Assembly (NCBI GenBank): GCA_038087875.1
Contig: JAXLNO010000353.1
Coordinates: 1-58,487 of the forward strand
Length of the DNA stretch: 58,487 bases
Source: Malacoraja senta
Taxonomy: Eukaryota
Reading direction: 5' to 3'
The notes under the pieces are model-generated. The model searched no databases. It was given only the letters and a program-made list of their open reading frames with translations, and was not told where the DNA came from. Positions 11,966 through 23,790 of this stretch are shown here, piece after piece. The position numbers and the translations under genes were made by a program. Position 1 is the first letter of the stretch; the number at the start of each line of letters is the position of its first letter.

Positions 11966-12268
11966 AGAGAGGGAGGGAGGAGGGGTGAATACTTCTCTCT
12001 CCCTCGTCAATCTCTCTCCCTGCTTCTCTCTCTCTATTTCTCCCTCTCCCTCTCCCTCTCCCCCTCGTCTTATCTCCCGGAACCAAACCTGCGACGTTTC
12101 GCCCTCCACCCGGACGCCTGAGACGCGCCGTCCCACTTTGCCAGCGCCGGTGCGCCGTTCTAAAGCGTCCCCCCTTCCCCAGGAAGCGACTTTGTGGAGG
12201 AGGGTAGACAAAAATGCTGGAGAAACTCAGCGGGTGCAGCAGCAGCATCTATGGAGCGAAGGAAATAG

Positions 12269-12300
12269 GTAACGTTTCGGGCCGAAACCCTTCTTCAGAC
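12269..12300 (-). ncRNA. Minimal type I hammerhead ribozyme motif of the PLE 3' end
   Basis: GT-CTGAAGA-A-GGG-tttcgg-CCC-GAAA-CG-TT-AC: CUGANGA core, stem II, GAAA, palindromic minimal stem III. Confidence 0.65.
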
Positions 12301-12355
12301 TGATAGGGGGTGGGGAGAAGAAAGGAAAAAAGGACAAAGGCGGAGGAGGAGCCCG

Positions 12356-14977
12356 AGGGCTGGGGGAGGGGAGGGGAGGGGAGGGGAGGGGACAACCAGA
12401 GGGCTGGGGGAGGGGAGGGGACAACCAGAGGGCTGGGGGAGGGGAGGGGAGGGGAGGGGACAACCAGAGGGCTGGGGGAGGGGAGGGGAGGGGAGGGGAC
12501 AACCAGAGGGCTGGGGGAGGGGAGGGGAGGGGAGGGGACAACCAGAGGGCTGGGGGAGGGGAGGGGAGGGGAGGGGACAACCAGAGGGCTGGGGGAGGGG
12601 AGGGGAGGGGAGGGGACAACCAGAGGGCTGGGGGAGGGGAGGGGAGGGGACAACCAGAGGGCTGGGGGAGGGGAGGGGAGGGGACAACCAGAGGGCTGGG
12701 GGAGGGGAGGGGACAACCAGAGGGCTGGGGGAGGGGAGGGGAGGGGACAACCAGAGGGCTGGGGGAGGGGAGGGGAGGGGACAACCAGAGGGCTGGGGGA
12801 GGGGAGGGGAGGGGACAACCAGAGGGCTGGGGGAGGGGAGGGGAGGGGACAACCAGAGGGCTGGGGGAGGGGAGGGGAGGGGACAACCAGAGGGCTGGGG
12901 GAGGGGAGGGGAGGGGAGGGGACAACCAGAGGGCTGGGGGAGGGGAGGGGAGGGGACAACCAGAGGGCTGGGGGAGGGGAGGGGACAACCAGAGGGCTGG
13001 GGGAGGGGAGGGGAGGGGACAACCAGAGGGCTGGGGGAGGGGAGGGGACAACCAGAGGGCTGGGGGAGGGGAGGGGAGGGGACAACCAGAGGGCTGGGGG
13101 AGGGGAGGGGAGGGGACAACCAGAGGGCTGGGGGAGGGGAGGGGAGGGGACAACCAGAGGGCTGGGGGAGGGGAGGGGAGGGGACAACCAGAGGGCTGGG
13201 GGAGGGGAGGGGAGGGGACAACCAGAGGGCTGGGGGAGGGGAGGGGAGGGGAGGGGACAACCAGAGGGCTGGGGGAGGGGAGGGGAGGGGACAACCAGAG
13301 GGCTGGGGGAGGGGAGGGGACAACCAGAGGGCTGGGGGAGGGGAGGGGAGGGGACAACCAGAGGGCTGGGGGAGGGGAGGGGACAACCAGAGGGCTGGGG
13401 GAGGGGAGGGGAGGGGACAACCAGAGGGCTGGGGGAGGGGAGGGGACAACCAGAGGGCTGGGGGAGGGGAGGGGACAACCAGAGGGCTGGGGGAGGGGAG
13501 GGGAGGAGACAACCAGAGGGCTGGGGGGGGGGAGGGGAGGGGACAACCAGAGGGCTGGGGGAGGGGAGGGGAGGGGACAACCAGAGGGCTGGGGGAGGGG
13601 AGGGGACAACCAGAGGGCTGGGGGAGGGGAGGGGACAACCAGAGGGCTGGGGGAGGGGAGGGGAGGAGACAACCAGAGGGCTGGGGGAGGGGAGGGGAGG
13701 GGACAACCAGAGGGCTGGGGGAGGGGAGGGGAGGGGACAACCAGAGGGCTGGGGGAGGGGAGGGGAGGGGACAACCAGAGGGCTGGGGGAGGGGAGGGGA
13801 GGGGAGGGGACAACCAGAGGGCTGGGGGAGGGGAGGGGAGGGGACAACCAGAGGGCTGGGGGAGGGGAGGGGAGGGGACAACCAGAGGGCTGGGGGAGGG
13901 GAGGGGAGGAGACAACCAGAGGGCTGGGGGAGGGGAGGGGACAACCAGAGGGCTGGGGGAGGGGAGGGGACAACCAGAGGGCTGGGGGAGGGGAGGGGAG
14001 GGGACAACCAGAGGGCTGGGGGAGGGGAGGGGAGGGGACAACCAGAGGGCTGGGGGAGGGGAGGGGAGGAGACAACCAGAGGGCTGGGGGAGGGGAGGGG
14101 AGGGGACAACCAGAGGGCTGGGGGAGGGGAGGGGACAACCAGAGGGCTGGGGGAGGGGAGGGGACAACCAGAGGGCTGGGGGAGGGGAGGGGACAACCAG
14201 AGGGCTGGGGGAGGGGAGGGGACAACCAGAGGGCTGGGGGAGGGGAGGGGAGGGGACAACCAGAGGGCTGGGGGAGGGGAGGGGACAACCAGAGGGCTGA
14301 GGGAGGGGAGGGGAGGGGACAACCAGAGGGCTGGGGGAGGGGAGGGGACAACCAGAGGGCTGGGGGAGGGGAGGGGAGGGGAGGGGACAACCAGAGGGCT
14401 GGGGGAGGGGAGGGGACAACCAGAGGGCTGGGGGAGGGGAGGGGAGGGGACAACCAGAGGGCTGGGGGAGGGGAGGGGAGGGGACAACCAGAGGGCTGGG
14501 GGAGGGGAGGGGACAACCAGAGGGCTGGGGGGGGGGAGGGGACAACCAGAGGGCGGGGGGAGGGGAGGGGACAACCAGAGGGCTGGGGGAGGGGAGGGGA
14601 CAACCAGAGGGCTGGGGGAGGGGAGGGGACAACCAGAGGGCTGGGGGAGGGGAGGGGACAACCAGAGGGCTGGGGGAGGGGAGGGGACAACCAGAGGGCT
14701 GGGGGGGGGAGGGGACAACCAGAGGGCTGGGGGAGGGGAGGGGACAACCAGAGGGCTGGGGGAGGGGAGGGGACAACCAGAGGGCTGGGGGAGGGGAGGG
14801 GACAACCAGAGGGCTGGGGGAGGGGAGGGGACAACCAGAGGGCGGGGGGAGGGGAGGGGACAACCAGAGGGCTGGGGGAGGGGAGGGGACAACCAGAGGG
14901 CTGGGGGAGGGGAGGGGACAACCCGAGGGCTGGGGGAGGGGAGGGGACAACCAGAGGGCTGGGGGAGGGAGGGGACA
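12356..14977. repeat. G-rich VNTR, GACAACCAGAGGGCTGGG(GGAGG)n, 29/34/39-bp units, roughly 80 copies
   Basis: Direct reading; lies between the PLE stop codon and its 3' end. Confidence 0.95.
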
Positions 14978-14984
14978 GCAAGGG

Positions 14985-17279
14985 CTAGCAGAATTGGGAG
15001 AATTCAATGTTCAAGCCCCCAGGATGTAGACTGCCCAAGCGGAATATGAGGTGCATTTCCTCCAATTTCCGGTGTTGCTCGCTGTGGCCATGGAGGAGAC
15101 CCAGGACAGAGAGGTCAGATACGGAATGGGAGGGGGAGTTGAAGTGCTGAGCCACCGGGAGGTCAGGTTGGTTATTGCGGACCGACCGGAGGTGTTCGGC
15201 GAAACGATCGCCGAGCCTGCGCTTGGTCTCACCGATGTAGATCAGCTGGCATCTAGAGCAGCGAATGCAATAGATGAGGTTGGAGGAGATGCAGGTGAAC
15301 CTCTGTCGCACCTGGAACGACTGCTTGGGTCCTTGAATGGAGTCGAGGGGGGAGGTGAAGGGACAAGTGTTGCATCTCTTGCGGTTGCAAGGGAAAGTAC
15401 CAGGGGAGGGGGTGGTATGGGAGGGAAGGGAAGAATTGACAAGGGAGTTACGGAGGGAGCGGTCTTTGCGGAAGGCAGACATGGGGGGAGATGGGAAGAT
15501 GTGGCGAGTGGTGGGGTCACGTTGGAGGTGGCGAAACTGACGGAGGATCACTTGTTGTATGTGACGGCTGGTGGGGTGAAAGGTGAGGACTAGGGGGACT
15601 CTGCCTTTGTTGCGAGTGGGGGGATGGGGAGAGAGAGCAGTGTTGCGGGGTATGGCAGAGACCCTGGTGCGAGCCTCATCTATGGTGGAGGGGGGGAACC
15701 CCCGTTCCCTGAAAAATGAGGACATTTCAGATGCCCTGGTGTGGAACGCCTCATCCTGGGAGCAGATGCGGTGTAGACGGAGGAATTGGGAGTGGGGGAT
15801 GGAGTCCTTACAGGAAGCAGGGTGGGAAGAAGTGTAGTCCAGATAGCCATGGGAGTCGGTAGGTTTGTAGTGGATGTCGGTAAGGAGTCTATCACCTGCG
15901 ATGGAGATAGTGAGGTCAAGGAATGGTAGGGAAGTGTCGGAAATGGTCCAGGTGTATTTGAGTGCCGGATGGAAGTTGGTGGTGAAGCGGATGAAGTCAG
16001 TCAGTTGTGTGTGGGTGCAGGATGTGGCACCAAAACAATCATCGATGTAGCGGAGGTAGAGGTCGGCGATGGGGCCCTGGTACGCATTGAACAAGGATTG
16101 TTCTACGTACCCGACAAAGAGGCAGGCGTAGCTGGGGCCCATGCGTGTGCCCATAGCTACGCCTTGTATTTGGAGGAAATGGGAGGAGTCAAATGAAAAG
16201 TTATTAAGTGTAAGTACCAGCTCCGCTAGGCGGAGGAGGGTGTCAGTGGCCGGGTATAGATTGCTTCTACGGTCGAGGAAAAAACGGAGGGCTTCGAGAC
16301 CATCCTGGTGGGGGATGGAGGTGTACAGTGACTGGACGTCCATGGTGAAGATGAGGGGGTGAGGGCCTAGAGAGTGGAATGCGCGGAGATGACGGAGAGT
16401 GTCTGAGGTGTCTTGAACATAGGTAGGGAGGGATTTAACCAAGGGGGATAGGATGGAGTCGAGGTAGGTGGAGATGAGTTCGGTGGGGCAAGAACAGGCA
16501 GAGACAATGGGTCTACCGGGACAGTCAGGTTTGTGGATTTTGGGGAGAAGGTAAAAGCGGGCTGTGCGGGGCTGGGGAACGATGAGGTTGGAGGCTCGTT
16601 CGGGCAGGGCGTGGGAGTGGATGAAGTCGGTGATGGTGCTGGAGATGGTGGCCTGGTGCTCGTCAGTGGGGTCATGGTCCAGGGGTAAGTAGGAGGAGGT
16701 GTCCGAGAGTTGGCGCGTGGCCTCAGCTTTGTAGAGATCGACGCGCCAGACTACCACGGCACCTCCCTTGTCGGCGGGTTTGATAACCCAATCTAGGTTG
16801 TTGCGGAGTGAGTCGATGGCAGTGCGTTCAGGGGGGGAGAGATTGGAGTGAGACAGGGGAGTGGAGAAGTTGAGGCGGTTGATGTCACGGCGGCAGTTTT
16901 TAATAAAGAGTTCTAAAGCCGGAAGGCTACGAGGGGGGTTCCATGAGGATGGGGTGCGTTGGAGACGGGAAAAGGGGTCATCAGTGGGGAGCGAGGACTC
17001 CTTCCCATGGAAGTGAGCTGTGAGGCGGAGGCGACGGTAGAAGCGTTCCAAGTCATGGAGGGCACGGAACTCATTGAGATGGGGACGGAGGGGGACAAAG
17101 GTAAGACCTCTGCTGAGGACAGACCGTTCGATGTCGGAGAGGGGGAGGTCGGGGGGGATGGTGAACACCCGGCAGGGATGGGGGTTGGGGCCGGAGGAAG
17201 GCAGGTGGGTGGAATGGGGACGAGGCGATGTGTGGTGGGGGGGGTGGTGGGTGTGGTGGAGGAGGGGTTCGCCACTCAA
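14985..17279 (-). CDS. Penelope-like reverse transcriptase + GIY-YIG endonuclease
   Basis: IKPADKGG, FYLLPKIHK, GRPIVS, MDVQSLYTSIP, QGVAMG, RYIDD; Cys linker CNRKRCNTC; LIYCIRC..C..IYIGET..R...RF.EH...GLN; no stops, but no ATG start found. Confidence 0.9.
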   Translation of the reverse strand: MSGEPLLHHTHHPPHHTSPRPHSTHLPSSGPNPHPCRVFTIPPDLPLSDIERSVLSRGLTFVPLRPHLNEFRALHDLERFYRRLRLTAHFHGKESSLPTDDPFSRLQRTPSSWNPPRSLPALELFIKNCRRDINRLNFSTPLSHSNLSPPERTAIDSLRNNLDWVIKPADKGGAVVVWRVDLYKAEATRQLSDTSSYLPLDHDPTDEHQATISSTITDFIHSHALPERASNLIVPQPRTARFYLLPKIHKPDCPGRPIVSACSCPTELISTYLDSILSPLVKSLPTYVQDTSDTLRHLRAFHSLGPHPLIFTMDVQSLYTSIPHQDGLEALRFFLDRRSNLYPATDTLLRLAELVLTLNNFSFDSSHFLQIQGVAMGTRMGPSYACLFVGYVEQSLFNAYQGPIADLYLRYIDDCFGATSCTHTQLTDFIRFTTNFHPALKYTWTISDTSLPFLDLTISIAGDRLLTDIHYKPTDSHGYLDYTSSHPASCKDSIPHSQFLRLHRICSQDEAFHTRASEMSSFFRERGFPPSTIDEARTRVSAIPRNTALSPHPPTRNKGRVPLVLTFHPTSRHIQQVILRQFRHLQRDPTTRHIFPSPPMSAFRKDRSLRNSLVNSSLPSHTTPSPGTFPCNRKRCNTCPFTSPLDSIQGPKQSFQVRQRFTCISSNLIYCIRCSRCQLIYIGETKRRLGDRFAEHLRSVRNNQPDLPVAQHFNSPSHSVSDLSVLGLLHGHSEQHRKLEEMHLIFRLGSLHPGGLNIEFSQFC

Positions 17280-17666
17280 CCGGAAATGGTGCGGGAATCC
17301 AGCTGTGAAGAGCAGGTGAGGATGAAAGCGCTGCCATGCAGCGGGGGGGGGGGGGGCAGCAATCCAGCCAATGATGCACGCATTCCATTTAATGCAGCAG
17401 GGGGAGCATGCATAGGCGCTTGTAGGCCGATCCCAGCATTTTATAATTCACCCTATAGTCACCCTTAATACAGCCCTTCAGGCCGATTTCTGTCTCATTT
17501 CCAAACCATTTGCCCCAAACCCCTTCCAAACTCACCAAGCCGACCTTGCAGGACAATGGCGTGGATGTGGGAAGTCCGGAGCGGCCAAAACAGGCCCTTC
17601 GGTCCATTCCCCCCTGCCAGCCCGCAGTTGGCATTGCCTGAATCGGATCCAAATCCCCTCTAGCAA

Positions 17667-17960
<294 letters not shown>

Positions 17961-17964
17961 AGTG

Positions 17965-18050
17965 ACACAGCGTGGAAACAGGCCCTTCGGCCCAACGTGC
18001 CACACTGACCTACATGCCCATTCTACACTAGTCCCACCTGCTGCCCACGT
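17965..18050 (-). mobile_element. CR1/SINE-type 3' end fragment
   Basis: GGAAACAGGCCCTTCGGCCC shared with the SINE tail at 11655. Confidence 0.65.
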
Positions 18051-18051
18051 T

Positions 18052-20326
18052 TGGCTATGAGGGCTGATTCCATGGCTAAGAAGCTGCTAAGTAACAAGGC
18101 TACAGATTTTTGGAAAGAAGTGAGAGCTCTTAACAGTTGCAAAACATCTCTACCATGCACTGTAGATGGAATCTCTGGAACAGCTAATATTGCGGAGTTA
18201 TGGCAACAACATTATAGTACTTTATTCAACTGTGTCCAAGGTGACTTGTATAGGGTGGACAATATTGAGAGTAGTGACTCAATGGTGATTATGTCACATA
18301 ATAATAATGATAATAATAAATACTTTATTAATCCCATTTTCAATGGGAAATTCAGATGTCCTTGCAGCACACTAATAAAAGTACAACATAGCATTAAATA
18401 CGAAGTTTAACATTAAAACATAAAAACATCCCCCCCCACAACGGTTCCCACTGTGAGGGAAGGCTCAAAGTCCAGTCCCCATCCTCTTGTCCACCCATAG
18501 TCGGGCCTATTGAGGTCTCCACAGTCGCCGCTACGGAGGCCCGATGTTTCAGGCCCTCTCGCCGGGTGATGGTGCTCCGGCGTCGGGAGATTCCTGTCAA
18601 CGGCTTGGGATGCCTGGAACGCCGCCGAAGCCGAGGTTCTGGCCAGGTCCCCTCAGGAAACGCCGCTCCAGGCCCCGCTCGTAGGCCTCGAGGGCTGGTC
18701 GAAGGTGCTACTCGGAGGAAGGCAGCCTCCCCGACCAGGTAGGGACTAGAAAATGCAGTTCCCCTCTCCCCCCCCACCCCACCCCACACATAAAATAATT
18801 AGACCCCCAAACAACACTTTTACGTACTAAAAATAATAAAAAGAAGTGAAAGAAACGGACAGCTGCAGGAATGGCAGCCATATAGGACAGCGCCCCCTCT
18901 CAGAGGTGTATAATGCCATGAACAAGGTGTCCAACAACAAAGCAAGAGGCTTGGATCATATTTCTGCTGAACATCTTAAGTATGTGAGTATGAGGATAGC
19001 TCCTCTCCTTGCTATTTGTTTTACTGGCTTTATGATTCATGGCTTGTTACCAGACTCAATGTTGTCTGTTCTGTTAGTGCCGGTCATTAAGGACAAAGCT
19101 GGTAAAGTAGGCAGCCTAAATAATTACAGGCCCATGGCTTTAGCCAGCATATTGTCAAACGTTTTAGAAAGAGTTCTGCTGGATAGAATAAATGAGTTTG
19201 TTAACTCCACAGATAATCAGTTTGGTTTAAAAGCTAAACATGGCACTGACTTATGCATATATGCCCTAAAGGAGATTGTAAACAAATATAGAGGCAAAAC
19301 CTCTTCAATCCTTATGTGCTTTATTGATGCTTCCAAAGCCTTTGATCATGTTAATCACACAAATCTGATTGTTAAAATGAGTCAAAGATGGGTGCCTAAA
19401 TACACTGTGAGAATTCTGGCCTACTGGTATGCCCACCAGACTATGCAAATAAAATGGGGCAATAGGGTCTCAGCCCCATTTGGGGTTAGCAATGGTGTTA
19501 GACAAGGGGGGATTTTGTCCCCAGTCCTTTTTAATCTTTATATTGATGATCTGTCCAAACAATTGAAAGCCTGTAATACTGGGTGCATGATTGGTAATAT
19601 TTTAGTGAACCATATTATGTATGCAGATGATCTTGTGGTCTTTAGTCCATCTAGCGCTGGTCTACAGCAGCTCCCTACTATATGTTCTGTGTATGGTATG
19701 GAACATGATATTAAATATAATGCTGGTAAGAGTGCTGTTATGATCTGTAGAACCAAAGAGGATAAATGTCTAAAATGTCCTGATTTTAAATTGTCTGACA
19801 ATAAACTTAGTGTCTGTAATAAGGTAAAATATCTAGGGCATTTTATTACAGAACAAATGACAGATGATGAGGATATTTATAGGCAACAACGCATGCTGTA
19901 TATACAGGATGATATTCTCTTGAGTAAGTTTGGTGCGTGTGCAGATGTGGTTAAGATGTCGCTATTTAGAGCATACTGCACACCACTCTATACTGCGCAC
20001 CTGTGGTCGAACTATGGAAAGACAAGTTTGCAGAGACTAAAGGTGTCATATAATGATGCCATGAGAACACTACTAAGGAAACCTAGATGGTGTAATGCTG
20101 GTAACATCGCTGTTTCGTTGTAGGACATTGATCATTCTTTTATTCTGGATTTTAATTCATGCATTGTGTTTTTTTTTCTTAATATATAATTTATGATGCT
20201 TTTATAAGTGATATACTAAGATTTTATATGTACTTTATGATATTTTTAAATATGTAATGCATTTTTATGTAATGTTGCCCCTTGTCTGGACCTTGAGTCT
20301 GAAATAAAGTTTATTATTATTATTAT
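18052..20326 (+). mobile_element. 5'-truncated RTE-X-like LINE interrupted by an insertion at 18300-18902
   Basis: FWKEV...IAELW..HY..LFN, then HGLLPDSM...VPVIKDK...NYRP, DASKAFD, GVRQGGILSP, YADDL; AATAAA + (TAT)n tail at 20303-20326. Confidence 0.85.
18300..18902 (-). mobile_element. ~600-bp non-autonomous retroposon with (TAT)n tail
   Basis: Splits the RTE-X frame (MSH|EVYN); GGGATTAATAAAGT + TAT repeats at the 3' end; GC-rich core; no coding homology seen. Confidence 0.7.
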
Positions 20327-20336
20327 ATTTATTTTA

Positions 20337-20825
20337 TTGTGTATAATTAATTATTATGTAGTTTAGTGTCATCCTGTGCAACATGGGCCAATGGATTGAC
20401 TGATCACCTTCTCAGATTTCCCTGAAAATCAGTGCCTGTATAACAGATCACACAAGTAACACAACAGAAAACAAGGTCTCAACTCCAAATTCCAATGGGC
20501 CTTTGGCAATGTTTCGAGCTATATAAATGGTTCATAACTTCGAAGGAACTTTGAGTTGAAAGTTGATTTTTCTGCTGTGGTCTTTGTACCAGAGATGTGC
20601 AAAACATGATTTTCAATCAAATCTTACATGGCGACCAGCCAACCTTCTTACTTGCTGTTATTTGGTACAGAATCAAATCATCCAATACCAAGCAATTGAT
20701 ATACGTCTCCGATAAACCATCAATGTTTACTGAAATTTTGGTCCTTGGAAATGGGATTTTTTGGACCGTGAAAGCCCTTGAATTTATAGCTGTTCCAAGT
20801 GTATGAACCCTGGTATGAGAAATAA
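20337..20825 (+). repeat. Dispersed duplication, copy 2
   Basis: Matches 2753-3243 (offset ~17.58 kb). Confidence 0.9.
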
Positions 20826-21187
20826 GTCAGAATCAGAACCACACTTTATTTGCCAAGTATGTTTTGCAACATACGAGGAATTTTATTGGCCAGGTCAGTC
20901 ATACAATTAAAAGTAACAGATCACCCAAAAACACATTTTAACATGAACATTCACCGCAGTAACTCCTACACATTCCTCACTGTGATGGAAGGCGAAATAA
21001 AGTTCAAGTCCTTCCCTTTGTTCTTCCTCGGTCGTGGGCCTCGAGCCTCAGTTGACGGAATGATCTTGACACCCGTAGCCAGCGGCGTTCGGGCCCTCCG
21101 TGCCGAGGCGATCAAGCTCCCGCATCGGAGGGATGTCAGCTCCCTCGCGCCGGGCGATCGAACTTCGCGTCGGGGCTGGTCGAACCT
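20826..21187 (-). mobile_element. Truncated non-autonomous retroposon with (TTCTGA)n tail
   Basis: AATAAA + TTCTGA repeats; CACTGTGA.GGAAGGC core shared with 18449; abuts the env remnant. Confidence 0.65.
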
Positions 21188-21803
21188 TCCAGCCAGTAGC
21201 ATGTCTAAGGCCATGCGATTTTGCCAGGCCATTAGGCTGGTATCTGTCAGTTGTTCCGCTAATCCTTCAACCGCATCTCGAGTGTATTTTATAAAGCGTT
21301 GTTGATTGTAGTATAGGTAGTTGATCCAGTCCACATTTTTATTAATTGTGGACCACCAGAAGAGTATGGACTCAAAGCCCGCAGCTATCTGGTTTCTGGC
21401 TTTGAATTCATCAGGTACCTCTCTTGGCACCCCTATCGCATCTATATATATGTGTGTGCCGAATGATCCTTTCACCCCTCTCTCTTGTCGTTGGCTTCCT
21501 TCATTGAGTTCTCCAATGTTATACGTCTGATTGCAGTTGAGCACCATCCCCATGTCCTGTCCCTTTGGGTTATTTCTTGTATAGCACTCAAACCCCTCCT
21601 CCCCAAGAGGACTGGTAGTGCCAATCTTTACAGGGATGGGTGCATACATACATTCTATAGCCGCAGCACCATTTTCCTTTACATACATCAAATGGGATGG
21701 TGGTGGATCTTCTATTCTGTGGTATTGTGATTTTTATGCATGTTATATTACTCACGAGTTGGGTAACCACCCAACACACGACCCACCAACACGAAATCTT
21801 CAT
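21188..21803 (-). pseudogene. env: ERV env remnant (signal peptide/SU start fused by deletion to TM)
   Basis: IYIDAIGVPREVPDEFKARNQIAAGFESI...TINKNVDWINYLYYNQQRF...WQNRMALDMLLA (immunosuppressive-domain motif). Confidence 0.85.
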
Positions 21804-21879
21804 TTTTCCCCGCGGGTTCTTGGTAAATATTAACGTCAATGGTTCCTCTCCTTTGCGCACAGTCCACGGGCTGATATTG

Positions 21880-22185
21880 TCTGGTGGGGCCTCCACAGGA
21901 CCCTTAACTCGACATGCGTATGTCCACCCGTTTTCTTTTGTCCGCATTGCTGTTTCCGTGGTCATTAGTACCAAATATGGACCAGTCCAACGGGGTTGCA
22001 TCTTTTCTTCCTTCCATGATGTTACAAGATCCCAGTCCCCCGCTTTCACAGAATGGATTGGAAAGTCGAGATGGGGACGCTGGGCCAGCAGCCCCTTGGT
22101 TTTTAATTCTGTAATAGAACGAGATACTGCCAGTAAATAGTTCCTTAGGAATACATCATTCCCTTGTATTTGTTGGGACCCCTTA
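21880..22185 (-). pseudogene. pol: ERV integrase C-terminal GPY/F domain
   Basis: GDW..V..W....QPRWTGPYLVLMTTETAMRT...GW....RVK. Confidence 0.8.
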
Positions 22186-23150
22186 TATCTTTCCTAAATA
22201 ATAAAGACCTAACTTGTTCAACCTTTCTCTGTGTCTTCGTTGCTGAAACCCAGGCAACATTCTAATTGATCTCCTCTGCACTCTCTCTATTTTGTTGACC
22301 TTTTTCCTATAATTATGCCTACCAAAATTATACACCATACTCCACAATTGACCTCACCAATACCTTGTACAATTTAACATTACAACCCAACTTCTACACA
22401 CAATGCTCTGATTTATAAAGGCCAACACACCAAAATCTTTCTTTACCATCCTATCTTCATGAAATTCCACCTTCAGGGAACCATGCACAGTTATTCCTAG
22501 ATCCCTCTGTTCAACTTCATTCCTCAATTCACAATCATTTACCGTGTAGGTTCAATTTTGATTTGTCCTGCCAAGATGTATCATCTCACACTTATCAACA
22601 TTAAACCTATCTGTCATGTTTCAACCCACTCTTCCAAATGATCTAAATCTCTCTGTACAATTTTAAAATCTACTTCATTATTCACAACACCCCCTATCTT
22701 AGTATCATCTACATACTTATTAATCTATTTTACCACACCAACATCCAGATTATTGATTCACATGACAAACAACAGTGGACCCAACACACATCCCCGAGGT
22801 ACCCCTCTAGTCACTGACCTCCAACCTGACAAACATCCATCCACCATTGCTCTCTGACATCTCCCATACAGCCACTTTTTAATTCATCTTGCTATTCCTT
22901 ACTAACCCTTCTTAACCAACCTTATTTCCTTATTGATCCTTGTCAAAGGCCTTACTGAAGTTCATCTAGACAACATCCACCACTTTACCCTCATCAATTT
23001 CCCTAATAACTTTTTCAAAAAATTCAAGATTAGTCAAACATCACAATCACAAACCCATGCTAATTCTTCCTAATCCTACCCTATTTATCCAAATTCTTAT
23101 ATATTGTCTTAAGTATCCTTTCCATTATTTTGCCCACCACTGATGTCAAA
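22186..23150 (-). mobile_element. CR1 RT fragment inserted in the ERV integrase
   Basis: Minus translation VTRGVPRGCVLGPLLF...KYVDDTKIGG...QRDLDHLEEW, heavily mutated. Confidence 0.8.
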
Positions 23151-23429
23151 CAACGTTCTTGGTAAAACTCTACTCTTTTCTCACATCTTTGTCCTCCTGT
23201 TCACTTACCTCAGGGCTATTATCTATTCATACCTGCGGGACGGCCCTCATGTAATTATTGAAATGGTACCAGGTATATCAACCTTCTACCTGAACATCGG
23301 TCGGTTGTTTAGAAAACTCATACATACACCTTGTCTTCAGGTTTAAAGGGTCCTTCCTCCTGGTCCACCTCCAACAGCTTTTACTTTACCTGTTCATAAA
23401 TAGACTTGTATATCATAATTAACTGTTTC

Positions 23430-23790
23430 ATATACTTTTTAAATTCTATATTTAACTGTTCCAAACTCGGTCTCTTGTAGGGACCTCTCCATTGTGCCAC
23501 CTGCTCGGTTAGTTTGCATGCAACATCTCTTCAGTGCCAATGGCAGGGCATCGATCCAATTCAACTTTGTAATTAAACAAATCTTATTTATATTAACCTT
23601 CAATGTTCCATTTATTCTTTCCACCATGCCTGTAACTGCAGGTGTTACCTACCCAAATGTGTATTTTACTCTAAGGGTCTCTATCGCCAACTTGGCTACT
23701 CCCTAAATGAAAACAATCCATTGTCAAAGCTGATTTCTGTAGGTCTACCAAACCTCTTAATTACCTTATTCATCATAAACGACACTACAG
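23430..23790 (-). pseudogene. pol: ERV integrase catalytic core remnant
   Basis: [24 protein letters not shown]...[10 protein letters not shown]. Confidence 0.75.

Larger units (their letters stand above)
12204..17279 (-). mobile_element. Penelope-like retroelement (Neptune-like); 5' boundary uncertain
   Basis: RT + GIY-YIG ORF, 3' UTR VNTR and hammerhead-bearing 3' end. Confidence 0.9.

Noticed and set aside
12227..15007. ~900-aa Pro-rich and Gly-rich ORFs (extensin/collagen-like)
   Set aside because: Open in four frames because of the VNTR; unit lengths 29 and 34 are not multiples of 3
18846..20123. 425-aa ORF as an intact RT gene
   Set aside because: Its N-terminus comes from the inserted element; the LINE is 5'-truncated and lacks an endonuclease
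20966..21691. 241-aa ORF as a captured env (syncytin-like) gene
   Set aside because: Chimeric: off-frame start, deleted SU, truncated before the transmembrane anchor and running into an unrelated repeat
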